Shown: positions 39,351-47,782 of the stretch, piece by piece
How the letters are laid out: each line of letters begins with the position of its first letter
Position numbering within the stretch: the first letter of the stretch is position 1
Source of the DNA: an uncultured Pseudobdellovibrionaceae bacterium
GTDB taxonomy: Bacteria; Bdellovibrionota; Bdellovibrionia; Bdellovibrionales; UBA1609
Direction: 5' to 3'
Length of the DNA stretch: 64,000 nucleotides
Assembly: GCA_963803705.1 (NCBI GenBank)
Contig: CAWDNU010000003.1
Location: 327,564 to 391,563, forward strand
Translations under genes and position numbers: made by a program
The notes under the pieces: generated by a model
Told to the model about the DNA's origin: nothing
Seen by the model: the letters and a program-made list of their open reading frames with translations, nothing else
Databases searched by the model: none

Positions 39351-40144
39351 AGATATCGATTTTAAGTCTATTCCCGCAGTTTTTTGAAAACCTTGTAGGG
39401 CTTACTGGAACTGCCCGCGAATCAGGGATTTTTAACCTTGATCTTATCAATATCAGGGACTTCGGGCATGGTAATCATCACAAAGTGGATGATCAAATCT
39501 TTGGAGGTGGCGACGGAATGTTGTTGGCCCCAGAGGTGATTAAAAACGCGGTTGATTTTGCAAAAGATCAAGACGGTTATAGCAGTTCAAAGGTAGTCGC
39601 CTTGACTCCAAAAGGAAAAGTGTGGACTCAAAAACAAGCCTTAGCTTGGAGTAAGGATTCCACTCCAAAAATTTTGGTCTGTGGACGATATGCTGGTTTT
39701 GATCAACGATTTCTTGAAAGCTGCTGTGACGAAGAGATTTCGGTCGGTGACTTTATTCTTAACGGTGGTGAAGTTGCTGCATTAACTATTTTAGAAAGCG
39801 TTGTCAGGCTTCTGCCAAATGCATTGGGTAACGAATTGAGTCCTATAAAAGATTCGTTTAGTCAAAAAGATCAGATCCTGGAGTGTCCACAGTACACTCG
39901 CCCCAGAGAATGGATGGGCTTAAAGAGCCCTGAAATTTTATTTTCAGGGCATCATAAAAATATCGAGATGTGGACTAAAGCTTCGGCGGTTATAGAAACC
40001 TTGTTAAAGAGACCAGAACTTTTAATAGATGATTTAAAGGGTGAACTGAGCTTTTTTTTAAGCAACACGGAAGTAGAGCAAGGACTAAAGCAAGTATATT
40101 CTGAACAGCAGCTTGATTTGGTTTCAGAGTGGATAAATTCTTAA
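39347..40144 (+). CDS. trmD: tRNA (guanine37-N1)-methyltransferase
   Basis: Motifs are ISILSLFPQFFEN, KVDDQIFGGGDGMLL, CGRYAGFDQR, GDFILNGGE and GHHKNIEMW. Confidence 0.95.
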   Translation: MKISILSLFPQFFENLVGLTGTARESGIFNLDLINIRDFGHGNHHKVDDQIFGGGDGMLLAPEVIKNAVDFAKDQDGYSSSKVVALTPKGKVWTQKQALAWSKDSTPKILVCGRYAGFDQRFLESCCDEEISVGDFILNGGEVAALTILESVVRLLPNALGNELSPIKDSFSQKDQILECPQYTRPREWMGLKSPEILFSGHHKNIEMWTKASAVIETLLKRPELLIDDLKGELSFFLSNTEVEQGLKQVYSEQQLDLVSEWINS

Positions 40145-40695
40145 TGTCAGAATTACATATCGGGCTAGTTCACTACCCAATTTTTAACAAAAATAAAAGC
40201 ATTGTAGCAACGACAATAACTCACTTTGATGTTCACGATATTGCAAGGACGTGTAGAAGCTATGGTGTTACGAAATTTCATTTAATTCATCCCTCGATCG
40301 AACAACTTATGTTTGTTGCTAGACTAAAAGAGCATTGGGCTGTAGGTGCTGGTGGAAAAAAAAACCCATTACGAGCAGAGGCCATGAAAATTGTGGCTAC
40401 TGCTTGCAGCATCGAAGAGATCAAGCAACAAGAACGAATCGATGTCACATACGCCACCAGCGCTAAAGTTCACCCTAGCTTTAAAACTGAGCCTTTTGAG
40501 GTGGTCAGGAAAACGGTCAAATCCTCTAAGAAAACTCTTATCCTGTTTGGAACGGGATCAGGTTTGGTCGATGATGTATTTAAGCAATGTCAGGCTATCG
40601 TTGAACCCATTGTAGGCTTTGAGAGCTCAGACTTTAGACATCTTTCTGTAAGAACGGCGGTCGCAATAGTCCTTGACCGAGTACACCGCTCATAA
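40144..40695 (+). CDS. predicted SAM-dependent RNA methyltransferase (family typically located between trmD and rplS)
   Basis: The N-terminus is MSELHIGLVHYPIFNKNKSIVATTITHFDVHDIART. The position is conserved. TAATG coupling with trmD favours the start at 40144 over 40129. Family assigned from memory only. Confidence 0.5.
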   Translation: MSELHIGLVHYPIFNKNKSIVATTITHFDVHDIARTCRSYGVTKFHLIHPSIEQLMFVARLKEHWAVGAGGKKNPLRAEAMKIVATACSIEEIKQQERIDVTYATSAKVHPSFKTEPFEVVRKTVKSSKKTLILFGTGSGLVDDVFKQCQAIVEPIVGFESSDFRHLSVRTAVAIVLDRVHRS

Positions 40696-40728
40696 TATAA
40701 AAATCACTTTGAATTTGAGGAAAAATCT

Positions 40729-41175
40729 ATGAACCTGATTGATAAAGTAATATCAAAATTGAGCCCAAAACGAAACCACCCCGAATTTTCAACAGGAGAC
40801 ACAATTACCGTTTCTGTAAAAGTTAAAGAGGGCGAAAAAGAAAGAATTCAGCTTTTCAAGGGCACTGTGATTAAAATCCAGGGGTCAGGCGTAGGTCGTG
40901 CTTTTACAGTTCGTAAAGTTTCTGATGGTGTTGGTGTTGAAAGGACTTGGCCATTTGCAAGTCCAGCAGTCGATGGTATTCAGGTAAACCTTCGTGGTAA
41001 AGTTCGTCGCTCGCGAATTTACTATTTGCGAGGTCTAAAAGGACGTGCTGCGCGTTTGACAACAGAAATTGTTCAGCAAGAAAAATCAACTAAAGTGTCT
41101 GCTAAAAAATTGAAAAGACAGGCGAAAAAAGCTGAAGCTGTAGCTGCCGCCAAGTCGGGTAGCACTTCTAATTAA
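40729..41175 (+). CDS. rplS: 50S ribosomal protein L19 (with Lys/Ala-rich C-terminal extension)
   Basis: Motifs are FSTGDTITVSVKVKEGEKERIQLFKGTVI, FTVRKVSDGVGVERTWP and YYLRGLKG. Confidence 0.97.
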   Translation: MNLIDKVISKLSPKRNHPEFSTGDTITVSVKVKEGEKERIQLFKGTVIKIQGSGVGRAFTVRKVSDGVGVERTWPFASPAVDGIQVNLRGKVRRSRIYYLRGLKGRAARLTTEIVQQEKSTKVSAKKLKRQAKKAEAVAAAKSGSTSN

Positions 41176-41179
41176 AAGT

Positions 41180-41872
41180 ATTCCAAACTTAAACCTACTT
41201 CAGTGGTCATCGGTAAACAAAGATGGTCATATAATTGGAGTAGATGAAGCTGGGCGTGGATGTCTGTGTGGACCAGTTTTTGCGGCAGCAGTGTCGTTTA
41301 ATACCGAAAATTTTAATTCTAATCAGCTTTACCGTGATTCAAAATTATTAAATGAGGCTAAAAGGGAAAATTTTTTCCAAGATATTTTAAATAAACACTG
41401 GGTTGGTATTGGATCGGCAACCTCCAAAGAGGTCGATCGGGTTAACATTTTACAAGCTACATTTTTGGCTATGAGCAGAGCTGTAGAAGACCTGGTGAAG
41501 AACTTTGCTGAAGCTCAACCGTGCGAACACCCAAAAATAGCCCCACAGGGACATATAATTGTGGACGGTATATACAAGATACCTCAAGTTTTAGATTTTA
41601 CTCAGTCTACGATGATTAAAGGAGACCAATTGGTGTCCGAAATATCAGCCGCTAGCATAGTAGCTAAAGTCAGCCGGGACCGCTTCGTAAACCAACTTGA
41701 TGTGAAATATCACGAGTATGGATTTCGCAAGCACAAAGGTTATGGCACACTCTTACACAGAAAAAAAATTGCGGAGCTTGGACCTTGTCCAGAGCATAGA
41801 ATTACCTTTAAGGGAGTTCGAGAGTTTCTTCACCTTAAGCAAAAATACCCATATCAAAGGTCTTTGGTGTGA
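41180..41872 (+). CDS. rnhB: ribonuclease HII; start codon unresolved (see finding)
   Basis: The catalytic N-terminal motif GVDEAGRGCLCGPVFAAAV is encoded at 41237-41293, upstream of the first canonical start (GTG 41291). The frame is open from 41144 with no in-frame ATG/GTG/TTG, so ATT at 41180 is used as a placeholder start. Downstream motifs are NILQATFLAM, DSKLL and FRKHKGYGT. Confidence 0.8.
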   Translation: MPNLNLLQWSSVNKDGHIIGVDEAGRGCLCGPVFAAAVSFNTENFNSNQLYRDSKLLNEAKRENFFQDILNKHWVGIGSATSKEVDRVNILQATFLAMSRAVEDLVKNFAEAQPCEHPKIAPQGHIIVDGIYKIPQVLDFTQSTMIKGDQLVSEISAASIVAKVSRDRFVNQLDVKYHEYGFRKHKGYGTLLHRKKIAELGPCPEHRITFKGVREFLHLKQKYPYQRSLV

Positions 41873-42173
41873 GATAATAGTTAGCTTATATTTGAGCTCT
41901 AAAAAGTGGGTTCTTGTCGGACATAGAAAAAAAATAGACTTTGTGGAAATTGACCTTGTTTTTAAGACTCCAAAAAACCAAACAGTATTAATTGAAGTGA
42001 AATCAATCACATCAACCTACAGGTCTAATTTTAGATGGTCATATTTCCAAAAATCAAAGTTCAGTAGACTGGTTGAAAGTCTTTGCGCGAAATACCCAGG
42101 TACTGAAATATATGGCATTTTTGCGTTGGTGGCTTACAATAAAATTAACTTTTACTATTTGGATGAAGTTTAA
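41718..42173 (+). CDS. yraN: YraN-family (UPF0102) endonuclease-like protein; start uncertain
   Basis: Motifs are GLWCEIIVSLYLSSKKWVLVGHRKKIDFVEIDLVF and VLIEVKS. It occupies the conserved position after rnhB. Any canonical start overlaps rnhB by 95-155 nt. Confidence 0.6.
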   Translation: MDFASTKVMAHSYTEKKLRSLDLVQSIELPLREFESFFTLSKNTHIKGLWCEIIVSLYLSSKKWVLVGHRKKIDFVEIDLVFKTPKNQTVLIEVKSITSTYRSNFRWSYFQKSKFSRLVESLCAKYPGTEIYGIFALVAYNKINFYYLDEV

Positions 42174-42937
42174 TGAAACATAATATTTCATTCTTATTTT
42201 TAAGAGGTTTGGGTCGTAACCAATATCATTGGAACAACCGCGAACTTTATGAAGAAATACTATCAAATAAGGTTTTTTTTCTGGATCTACCTGGTTTTGG
42301 ATTAAGTCCGAATAGCAGATCTCCCAGGCAAGTGCGAAACATAACTGGAATTTTAAGACACCAAAGAGACATCTTAGATAACTTCAATTCCAGTTCAAAA
42401 AAAATTATTGTAGGTCTATCACTTGGTGGAATTGTCAGTTTGGATTGGGCCGCTAGGTACCCTAAAGATTGGGATGGTCTTGTAGTTATCAATTCGAGCT
42501 TGTCAAACTTATCGAAGCCTTGGGAAAGATTAAAACCAAAAAATTACAAGTCACTTTTAAAGTACTTACGTTTGAAAAAAGCAAAAGATATTGAGAACCT
42601 GATTTACGAGATGACATGTAATACTGATGACCATAAAGATGAACTTGTAAACTATTGGGCTAAACTAAGAAATAACTATCCAGTTCGGCAATCAAATGTA
42701 GTCAATCAGCTTATCGCTGCGATGACCTTTAATTCTCCCAGCAAAAATAAATTTAGGATGCCGGGCTTAGTTTTAGCAAGTCCTAAGGATAAGTTCGTAT
42801 CTTACAAATGCTCTGAAAAGATTGCGAAAAAATATAATTTTGAAATAAAATACTCTGACAAATCCGGACACGACATGAGTGTAGATGACGGGGATTGGAT
42901 GTTGCAGCAAATCAAATGTTTCTCTGATAAAATTTAG
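42173..42937 (+). CDS. alpha/beta-fold hydrolase
   Basis: The nucleophile elbow is GLSLGG, with LRGLGRN..W upstream and a C-terminal SGHDM (His). Confidence 0.7.
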   Translation: MKHNISFLFLRGLGRNQYHWNNRELYEEILSNKVFFLDLPGFGLSPNSRSPRQVRNITGILRHQRDILDNFNSSSKKIIVGLSLGGIVSLDWAARYPKDWDGLVVINSSLSNLSKPWERLKPKNYKSLLKYLRLKKAKDIENLIYEMTCNTDDHKDELVNYWAKLRNNYPVRQSNVVNQLIAAMTFNSPSKNKFRMPGLVLASPKDKFVSYKCSEKIAKKYNFEIKYSDKSGHDMSVDDGDWMLQQIKCFSDKI

Positions 42938-43126
42938 AACCGCCAAATAAATAATGATTTAGATTTAATTTTTAATTACTTTAGATATTGATCTAGAAAT
43001 TTTCAAGCATACGTTTGATTTGTTTTTGCTCTCGCAAAACATCTCAATCCGACCTCAATTTCTAGATCAATATCTAAAGTAATTAAAAATTAAATCTAAA
43101 TCATTATTTATTTGGCGGTTCTAAAT
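42932..43126. repeat. perfect 70-bp inverted repeat (arms 42932-43001 and 43057-43126) around a 55-nt spacer
   Basis: The arms were compared base by base and have no mismatches. The left arm contains the hydrolase stop codon. The right arm encodes the last ~7 codons and the stop of the convergent pseudouridine synthase. Confidence 0.95.
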
Positions 43127-43850
43127 CGCTTAGAAAAAGCCACTTACCTTCATGTAGATCTTTCGGTAAATGGATCGAGCCAATTCGAACCCGGTGTAGA
43201 TCTGTGACCTGTAAGTTAACGGCACCACACATTCGACGGATCTGTCTGTTTTTACCTTCAACTAAGATAAATTTAAGTTTGTTCGGACCAAGTTGTTTGA
43301 TAGTTGCCCTTTTTAAAGCTTTGCCATCTAAAGACAACCCAAATTCAAGTTTTTTAATTTTTACAGAGTCGATTTGACCCATAATTTTGACTATATATTC
43401 TTTTTCTACGATTGCTTTTTCACCAATAATTGATTTTGCAAATGAGCCATCTTGCGAGTAAATCAGTAACCCTCGGGAGTCAGCATCAAGACGGCCAACA
43501 ACACCGTAAGATTCAGGTTCAATAGATTCAAATTTAAAACCGGTATAATTATTTTCAGTTGCTAAATTTAAAGCAAGTTCATACTTAGGATCATCAAAGC
43601 TGCTTACAAACCCAGGGGGCTTATTTAAAATGATTGTCCTTTGATTTTGAAGTTCTAAAACAGCTTTTTTATGTAAAAGAATAAAGTCAGTCGGACTCAC
43701 TTTGTGCTCGGGTTTTTCAACAAGTTTACCATTAGCTTTTATAAACAGTGAAAATACAAATTCTTCAGCTTTTTTTCTAGAACAGATATTTTGATCTGTT
43801 AGCAATTTTGAAATACGAATTTTATTGTCAGCCAAGTAATATACCCCCAT
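43104..43850 (-). CDS. RsuA/RluB/E/F-family pseudouridine synthase with N-terminal S4 domain
   Basis: The S4 domain is IRISKLLTDQNICSRKKAEEFV and the catalytic motif is VGRLDADSRGLLIYS. The ATG at 43850 (or TTG at 43835) is preferred over the ORF-track start at 43895, which would overlap the SDR gene by 68 nt. Confidence 0.85.
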   Translation of the reverse strand: MGVYYLADNKIRISKLLTDQNICSRKKAEEFVFSLFIKANGKLVEKPEHKVSPTDFILLHKKAVLELQNQRTIILNKPPGFVSSFDDPKYELALNLATENNYTGFKFESIEPESYGVVGRLDADSRGLLIYSQDGSFAKSIIGEKAIVEKEYIVKIMGQIDSVKIKKLEFGLSLDGKALKRATIKQLGPNKLKFILVEGKNRQIRRMCGAVNLQVTDLHRVRIGSIHLPKDLHEGKWLFLSDLEPPNK

Positions 43851-44577
43851 CAACCGGATATAAAGAACCGGTGATCCAGTTGTTCGACGGCTCACTTAAA
43901 AATAATGCTAACCTTGCGACATCATCAGGATTACCTACACGTCCTAATGGTTGCAAACGATCCAAATCTGCTCTTAGTTTAGAATCTTTAGTATTAAAAA
44001 ATGATTGGAGTGGTGTTTCTATAATACCCGGACAAATTGCATTAACTTGTATATGACTAACTGCAAGCTCCAGAGCTAAGCACTGAGTCCAACTGTTTAA
44101 GGCAGCTTTAGTCGCTGAATAGGCAGAGGTTTCTGGTATTGGTTTTATTCCTAATGTTGAAGAGATATTTAAAATTCTAGCAGATTTTTGCTCTTTTAGA
44201 ATCGGCAGTAACAGCTGGGTGAATAATACCGGACCAAATAAATTTGTTTGAAATTGTTCGTGCCAGGATCTCATCGAACTGTTTTCAAACTTACTTCTTT
44301 CAACAATACCAGCGTTATTTATTAATACTACGTGCTTATCGTCTTTTTCCTTTTGGTTGAAACAAGATTTAATTGTTCTCACTGCCGTTTGAATCTTGTC
44401 TTTATCTTGTAAGTCTAAAGTCAGCACTCTTGAGCCTTCACATTCATTTTGAACAGTTTTAAGTTTCTCTAGATCTCTTGCAGCAAGTAGGCACTCAAAT
44501 TTATTACTGGATAATTCAATGGCGATTTGACGACCAATCCCTGAACTTGCACCAGTAATAATTGCTATTTTTTTCAT
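43828..44577 (-). CDS. short-chain dehydrogenase/reductase (SDR) family oxidoreductase
   Basis: Motifs are TGASSGIGRQIA, NNAG and YSATKAA. Confidence 0.9.
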   Translation of the reverse strand: MKKIAIITGASSGIGRQIAIELSSNKFECLLAARDLEKLKTVQNECEGSRVLTLDLQDKDKIQTAVRTIKSCFNQKEKDDKHVVLINNAGIVERSKFENSSMRSWHEQFQTNLFGPVLFTQLLLPILKEQKSARILNISSTLGIKPIPETSAYSATKAALNSWTQCLALELAVSHIQVNAICPGIIETPLQSFFNTKDSKLRADLDRLQPLGRVGNPDDVARLALFLSEPSNNWITGSLYPVDGGILLG

Positions 44578-46058
44578 ATTTTATCGCCTTTTAGATCCAG
44601 ATTGTTTAGATTTAAGATATTAAGTGAATTGATGTACCACCCCTCGAATTTACCATCTTGTAAATACGAAAAATACATAGGTCCTAAGGGAATATAAGTG
44701 TAGTTTTCAAATAAAAGTTTAATGGCTATGTCACAAGTTTTTCTGATGGCTTTTGGATCATCTAGGGACTGCATTTTTTTGTAAAGCTTGTCGAAGTCTT
44801 CGTTATCGAAATCAGAAACATTGTTTGGATCATCAGAGCTAAAATAACTTAACGCTTCTAAGCAAGTAGGTGAATCTAGAGAAATTCCTTTTCTGATAAT
44901 ATCGAATTGTTTAGATCGTATTTTCTCAAAAAAAAGCCCTGTTTCCAAAGGCTCGATTCCAACTATTAAACCCAGGTTTTTCTGCCATTCATTAGCTAAC
45001 CACTCCATACCTCTTTGGATATCGTCTCCACCCATCGAAGAAAAGCTTAGTTTTAGTTGATCATGATTACCCTTTTTGAACTTACTTAGATTCAATTTGG
45101 CTTTTTTTAGATCGTACTTATAACAATATTCGCTGTGGTAAAATCGAGCTGGAATGGAAGGGCATCCTGGCATTCCGATAGATTTATATAAAGCTTTTAG
45201 GTCATTGAATTTAATAGAGTGGAACAAAGATTTTTTTAGATTTCCATCCAACTTTGGGTTAAAAAAAATCCCATCCATTCTAACCATATTTATTTGCATC
45301 AATTCTTTTGATTTTTTATAGTTTTTTAAATCTCGAATAGGTAAAAAAGTAAGCAAGTTGAGACTGTTTGATTTATAAAGCCGAAGTGCTGTTGCCTGAT
45401 CTTCTATAAAGTTTACTTTGACCTTCAAATATTTCTTTTTTTTGTGTTTGAGCAAGATATATTGATTTTTTTTGTAGTTATCCAGAATGTAGTTAGTTGA
45501 AGAAATGACTTCATCTGCATCTTTATAAAATTTCTCTTCTTTTCTTGGTGATATTTCTACAAGAGCAAGTTTATTCGTAAAACTTGCTAGCTTATTTGGA
45601 AATTTAAACTCTAAGTTTAACTTATCGATGGCTCTATATTTTAAATTTTTAAAATTTAAAGTACTTTTTGATTGATTTTTTTTAAGAAGATTCAAACTGT
45701 TTACGTAATGTTTTGCTTGAATCATAGTGCCATCTTGAAAGTAAAGCCGCTTCAGATTGCAAATCAATTTATTTTCAATCCAATCACAAGACTTAGCGCC
45801 GTAAGGTACTAACTGGTTCTTAGAATTCCATACAAAAAGAGTAAGGTAGAGGTGGTTTAACAAATATCTAGAATTTATCCCTTGTTGTAAAAGAGGATCA
45901 AAGGTTTGAGGAACATAGGGGATGTTATAACTAAAAGTTTGTATTTGAAGTCGTATCGGATCATGTGATTGATTGAACTTCTTAAAGCACCCAAAGATAG
46001 ATAGCAAAAATATAAAAGTTAAGATCAGCTTTAAGCAGCAGTTTAAAAAATAAGACAT
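44574..46058 (-). CDS. ABC transporter substrate-binding lipoprotein, family 5 (peptide/nickel type)
   Basis: The lipobox is LSIFGC. The SBP_bac_5-like N-terminal pattern is FDPLL...LYLTLFVWNSKNQLVPYGAKSCDW...YFQDGTMIQAKHYVNSL. Confidence 0.65.
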   Translation of the reverse strand: MSYFLNCCLKLILTFIFLLSIFGCFKKFNQSHDPIRLQIQTFSYNIPYVPQTFDPLLQQGINSRYLLNHLYLTLFVWNSKNQLVPYGAKSCDWIENKLICNLKRLYFQDGTMIQAKHYVNSLNLLKKNQSKSTLNFKNLKYRAIDKLNLEFKFPNKLASFTNKLALVEISPRKEEKFYKDADEVISSTNYILDNYKKNQYILLKHKKKKYLKVKVNFIEDQATALRLYKSNSLNLLTFLPIRDLKNYKKSKELMQINMVRMDGIFFNPKLDGNLKKSLFHSIKFNDLKALYKSIGMPGCPSIPARFYHSEYCYKYDLKKAKLNLSKFKKGNHDQLKLSFSSMGGDDIQRGMEWLANEWQKNLGLIVGIEPLETGLFFEKIRSKQFDIIRKGISLDSPTCLEALSYFSSDDPNNVSDFDNEDFDKLYKKMQSLDDPKAIRKTCDIAIKLLFENYTYIPLGPMYFSYLQDGKFEGWYINSLNILNLNNLDLKGDKI

Positions 46059-46108
46059 CTAACCTTTCTCATTCAGATTTCTAGCAGGATCAAATACATT
46101 AGAATTTA

Positions 46109-46130
46109 ATGTTTATGTTTATGTTTATGT
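46109..46130. repeat. hexanucleotide microsatellite (ATGTTT)x3.7
   Basis: The sequence is atgtttatgtttatgtttatgt. It lies in the 126-nt spacer upstream of the substrate-binding-protein gene. Confidence 0.8.
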
Positions 46131-46184
46131 TAGATGTTTAAGATAGTTTAAAGCTATTTAACAGTAAAAATTTTAGATTTTAAT

Positions 46185-46706
46185 TTAAAAAACTGTCAAT
46201 AAAAGCAGATCTACTTCTTTTCTTGCAGCAAGGGTATTTCGATCTTCGGTGCCAGTAAGGTTTCTGCCGATGATTTCCACGCTTAAGCGTTTTGCAGTGC
46301 TAACGTCGCCAGCGGCCAAGCCGACTTGGAACTTGAACCTTCCTCGTTTACATATGTTCACAATACGAGTGACAGGAATTAGATCAACAAGTGAGTTAAC
46401 ATCATAAACTCTGTATTCTATAATATTTTCGGGATAGTCAGCTTCGTTGCATAAACCAGATATATCAAAAATACATATGGAACCGGTTCCGGCGCAGTTA
46501 TCTGAAGACTTCACTAGAGCAGGGTTGGAGTTAGAGATACTTAAAGCTAACAGATTCGCACCAGTTGGTTCTACACAGTTCGCTCTTGCATCGATACAAG
46601 GGTCAATATCGGTGGATAGATCAAAGCCTTGATCCAATACCTCGCATCCAGCAACTAGTATTGGTAAAGCCAAGCCGACAAGAAATTTCCGCAATATTCT
46701 ATTCAC
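46185..46706 (-). CDS. lipoprotein, unknown function
   Basis: It has a GTG start and a lipobox (ILVAGC). The mature part is Cys-rich. No family was recognised. Confidence 0.45.
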   Translation of the reverse strand: MNRILRKFLVGLALPILVAGCEVLDQGFDLSTDIDPCIDARANCVEPTGANLLALSISNSNPALVKSSDNCAGTGSICIFDISGLCNEADYPENIIEYRVYDVNSLVDLIPVTRIVNICKRGRFKFQVGLAAGDVSTAKRLSVEIIGRNLTGTEDRNTLAARKEVDLLLLTVF

Positions 46707-46943
46707 TTGTTAGTATCGGCATTTCGGATTGAAAAGATCAATTTTCATGAAACATAATATAAAAATCCTTCGCTTTAAAATAAATAGCAATTTTCTTAAA
46801 TCAGCTAAATCAATTTAAATACAATTACACAGTTTTTTCATTTCTAAACTAGATGAAAGAAAGTTTTACGTAAAATCAAAATTAGGTGATTTTAAAAAAA
46901 CGAAGTATCCTGAAGGTGACTTTCTTAAGTCAGAAAGGAGGTG

Positions 46944-47003
46944 ATGCCAATGAACAATGATATATGTGACAAGACATTGGCTAGCGGAGGTTCAAACCTG
47001 TAA
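46944..47003 (+). CDS. candidate small ORF (19 aa, MPMNNDICDKTLASGGSNL; or 17 aa from the second ATG)
   Basis: A strong SD (aaggaggtg) lies at 46935-46943. The ATG at 46950 has 6-8 nt spacing from it. The stop codon sits in the loop of a nested hairpin. Coding status is unproven. Confidence 0.25.
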   Translation: MPMNNDICDKTLASGGSNL

Positions 47004-47041
47004 TTTAGGTTTGTAAACGCTAGCCATAGAAAAAGTCTTTG

Positions 47042-47075
47042 GGCCCTACGTCAAGAGCGTAGGGCCTATTATTTT
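47042..47075 (+). terminator. rho-independent terminator candidate
   Basis: The stem is ggccctacg / cgtagggcc (9 bp, GC-rich) with a 7-nt loop, followed by tattatttta. Confidence 0.6.
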
Positions 47076-47253
47076 AATGGTCGCAAATCTGCTCAAGAAT
47101 AAATGTTAAATTTATGCATGCTGCATTATGTCGGCAGATTGCCAACTATATTGGCTTTCAAGATGACCTAAGGTCTAGTTATTTAATAATATGCCTATTT
47201 TTAAAGAAGGCCTTGCAATTATTACATGCTCACCATTAAATAATAAGTGGGGG

Positions 47254-47310
47254 GGCGATGTTTGACCAGTAGGACGTTTGAAGCATGGATGCTTCACATC
47301 GCCTTTTTCT
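47254..47310 (+). terminator. structured element ending in a T-run (terminator candidate)
   Basis: The outer stem is ggcgatg / catcgcc and the inner stem is tgaagc / gcttca, followed by tttttct. No annotated ORF lies upstream. Confidence 0.45.
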
Positions 47311-47629
47311 CTACTAAAGTTACGGTTTGATCAAATCCCATGTGATCACCACTTTTAAATGTCTTTCCCAGGGTAAATTGACCTAATTAGTATCAGACGA
47401 TTCTGCTAGCCTATCGGCGTCATAGTCTAATTTTTTTAGGTCAGAACAAGAAAATCATGAGCTCTGCTTAAAATGCTTTTACCCGCTTGGTAAGTACATC
47501 CAGCACTAGAATGTCATAACTGAAAAATCTTTAAACAGTTAAGAAGTTATATTTACAGCCTTAGGTCGATGTTTGGCCTTGTAATCGATTTAAATACGAT
47601 CTCAGTGAAAACTCACACTATTTAATTTA

Positions 47630-47645
47630 TGGCACAACTTATGCT
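47630..47645 (+). promoter_or_regulatory. sigma-54 (RpoN) promoter candidate TGGCAC-N5-ATGCT
   Basis: The sequence tggcacaacttatgct has a perfect -24 TGGCAC and correct GG-N10-GC spacing. It lies about 140 nt upstream of the ATG at 47783. Confidence 0.5.
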
Positions 47646-47782
47646 TTTAATTCTCTGAACTGATCTATTAAACTGCAGGTTAGGTAGTGAATTTTTGAAT
47701 AATATTCACAGTGCCAACATTCAGGTTTGAAAATCAAGATTTAAAAACTATAAATTAAAATAAATAAACAGGAGAATATATT

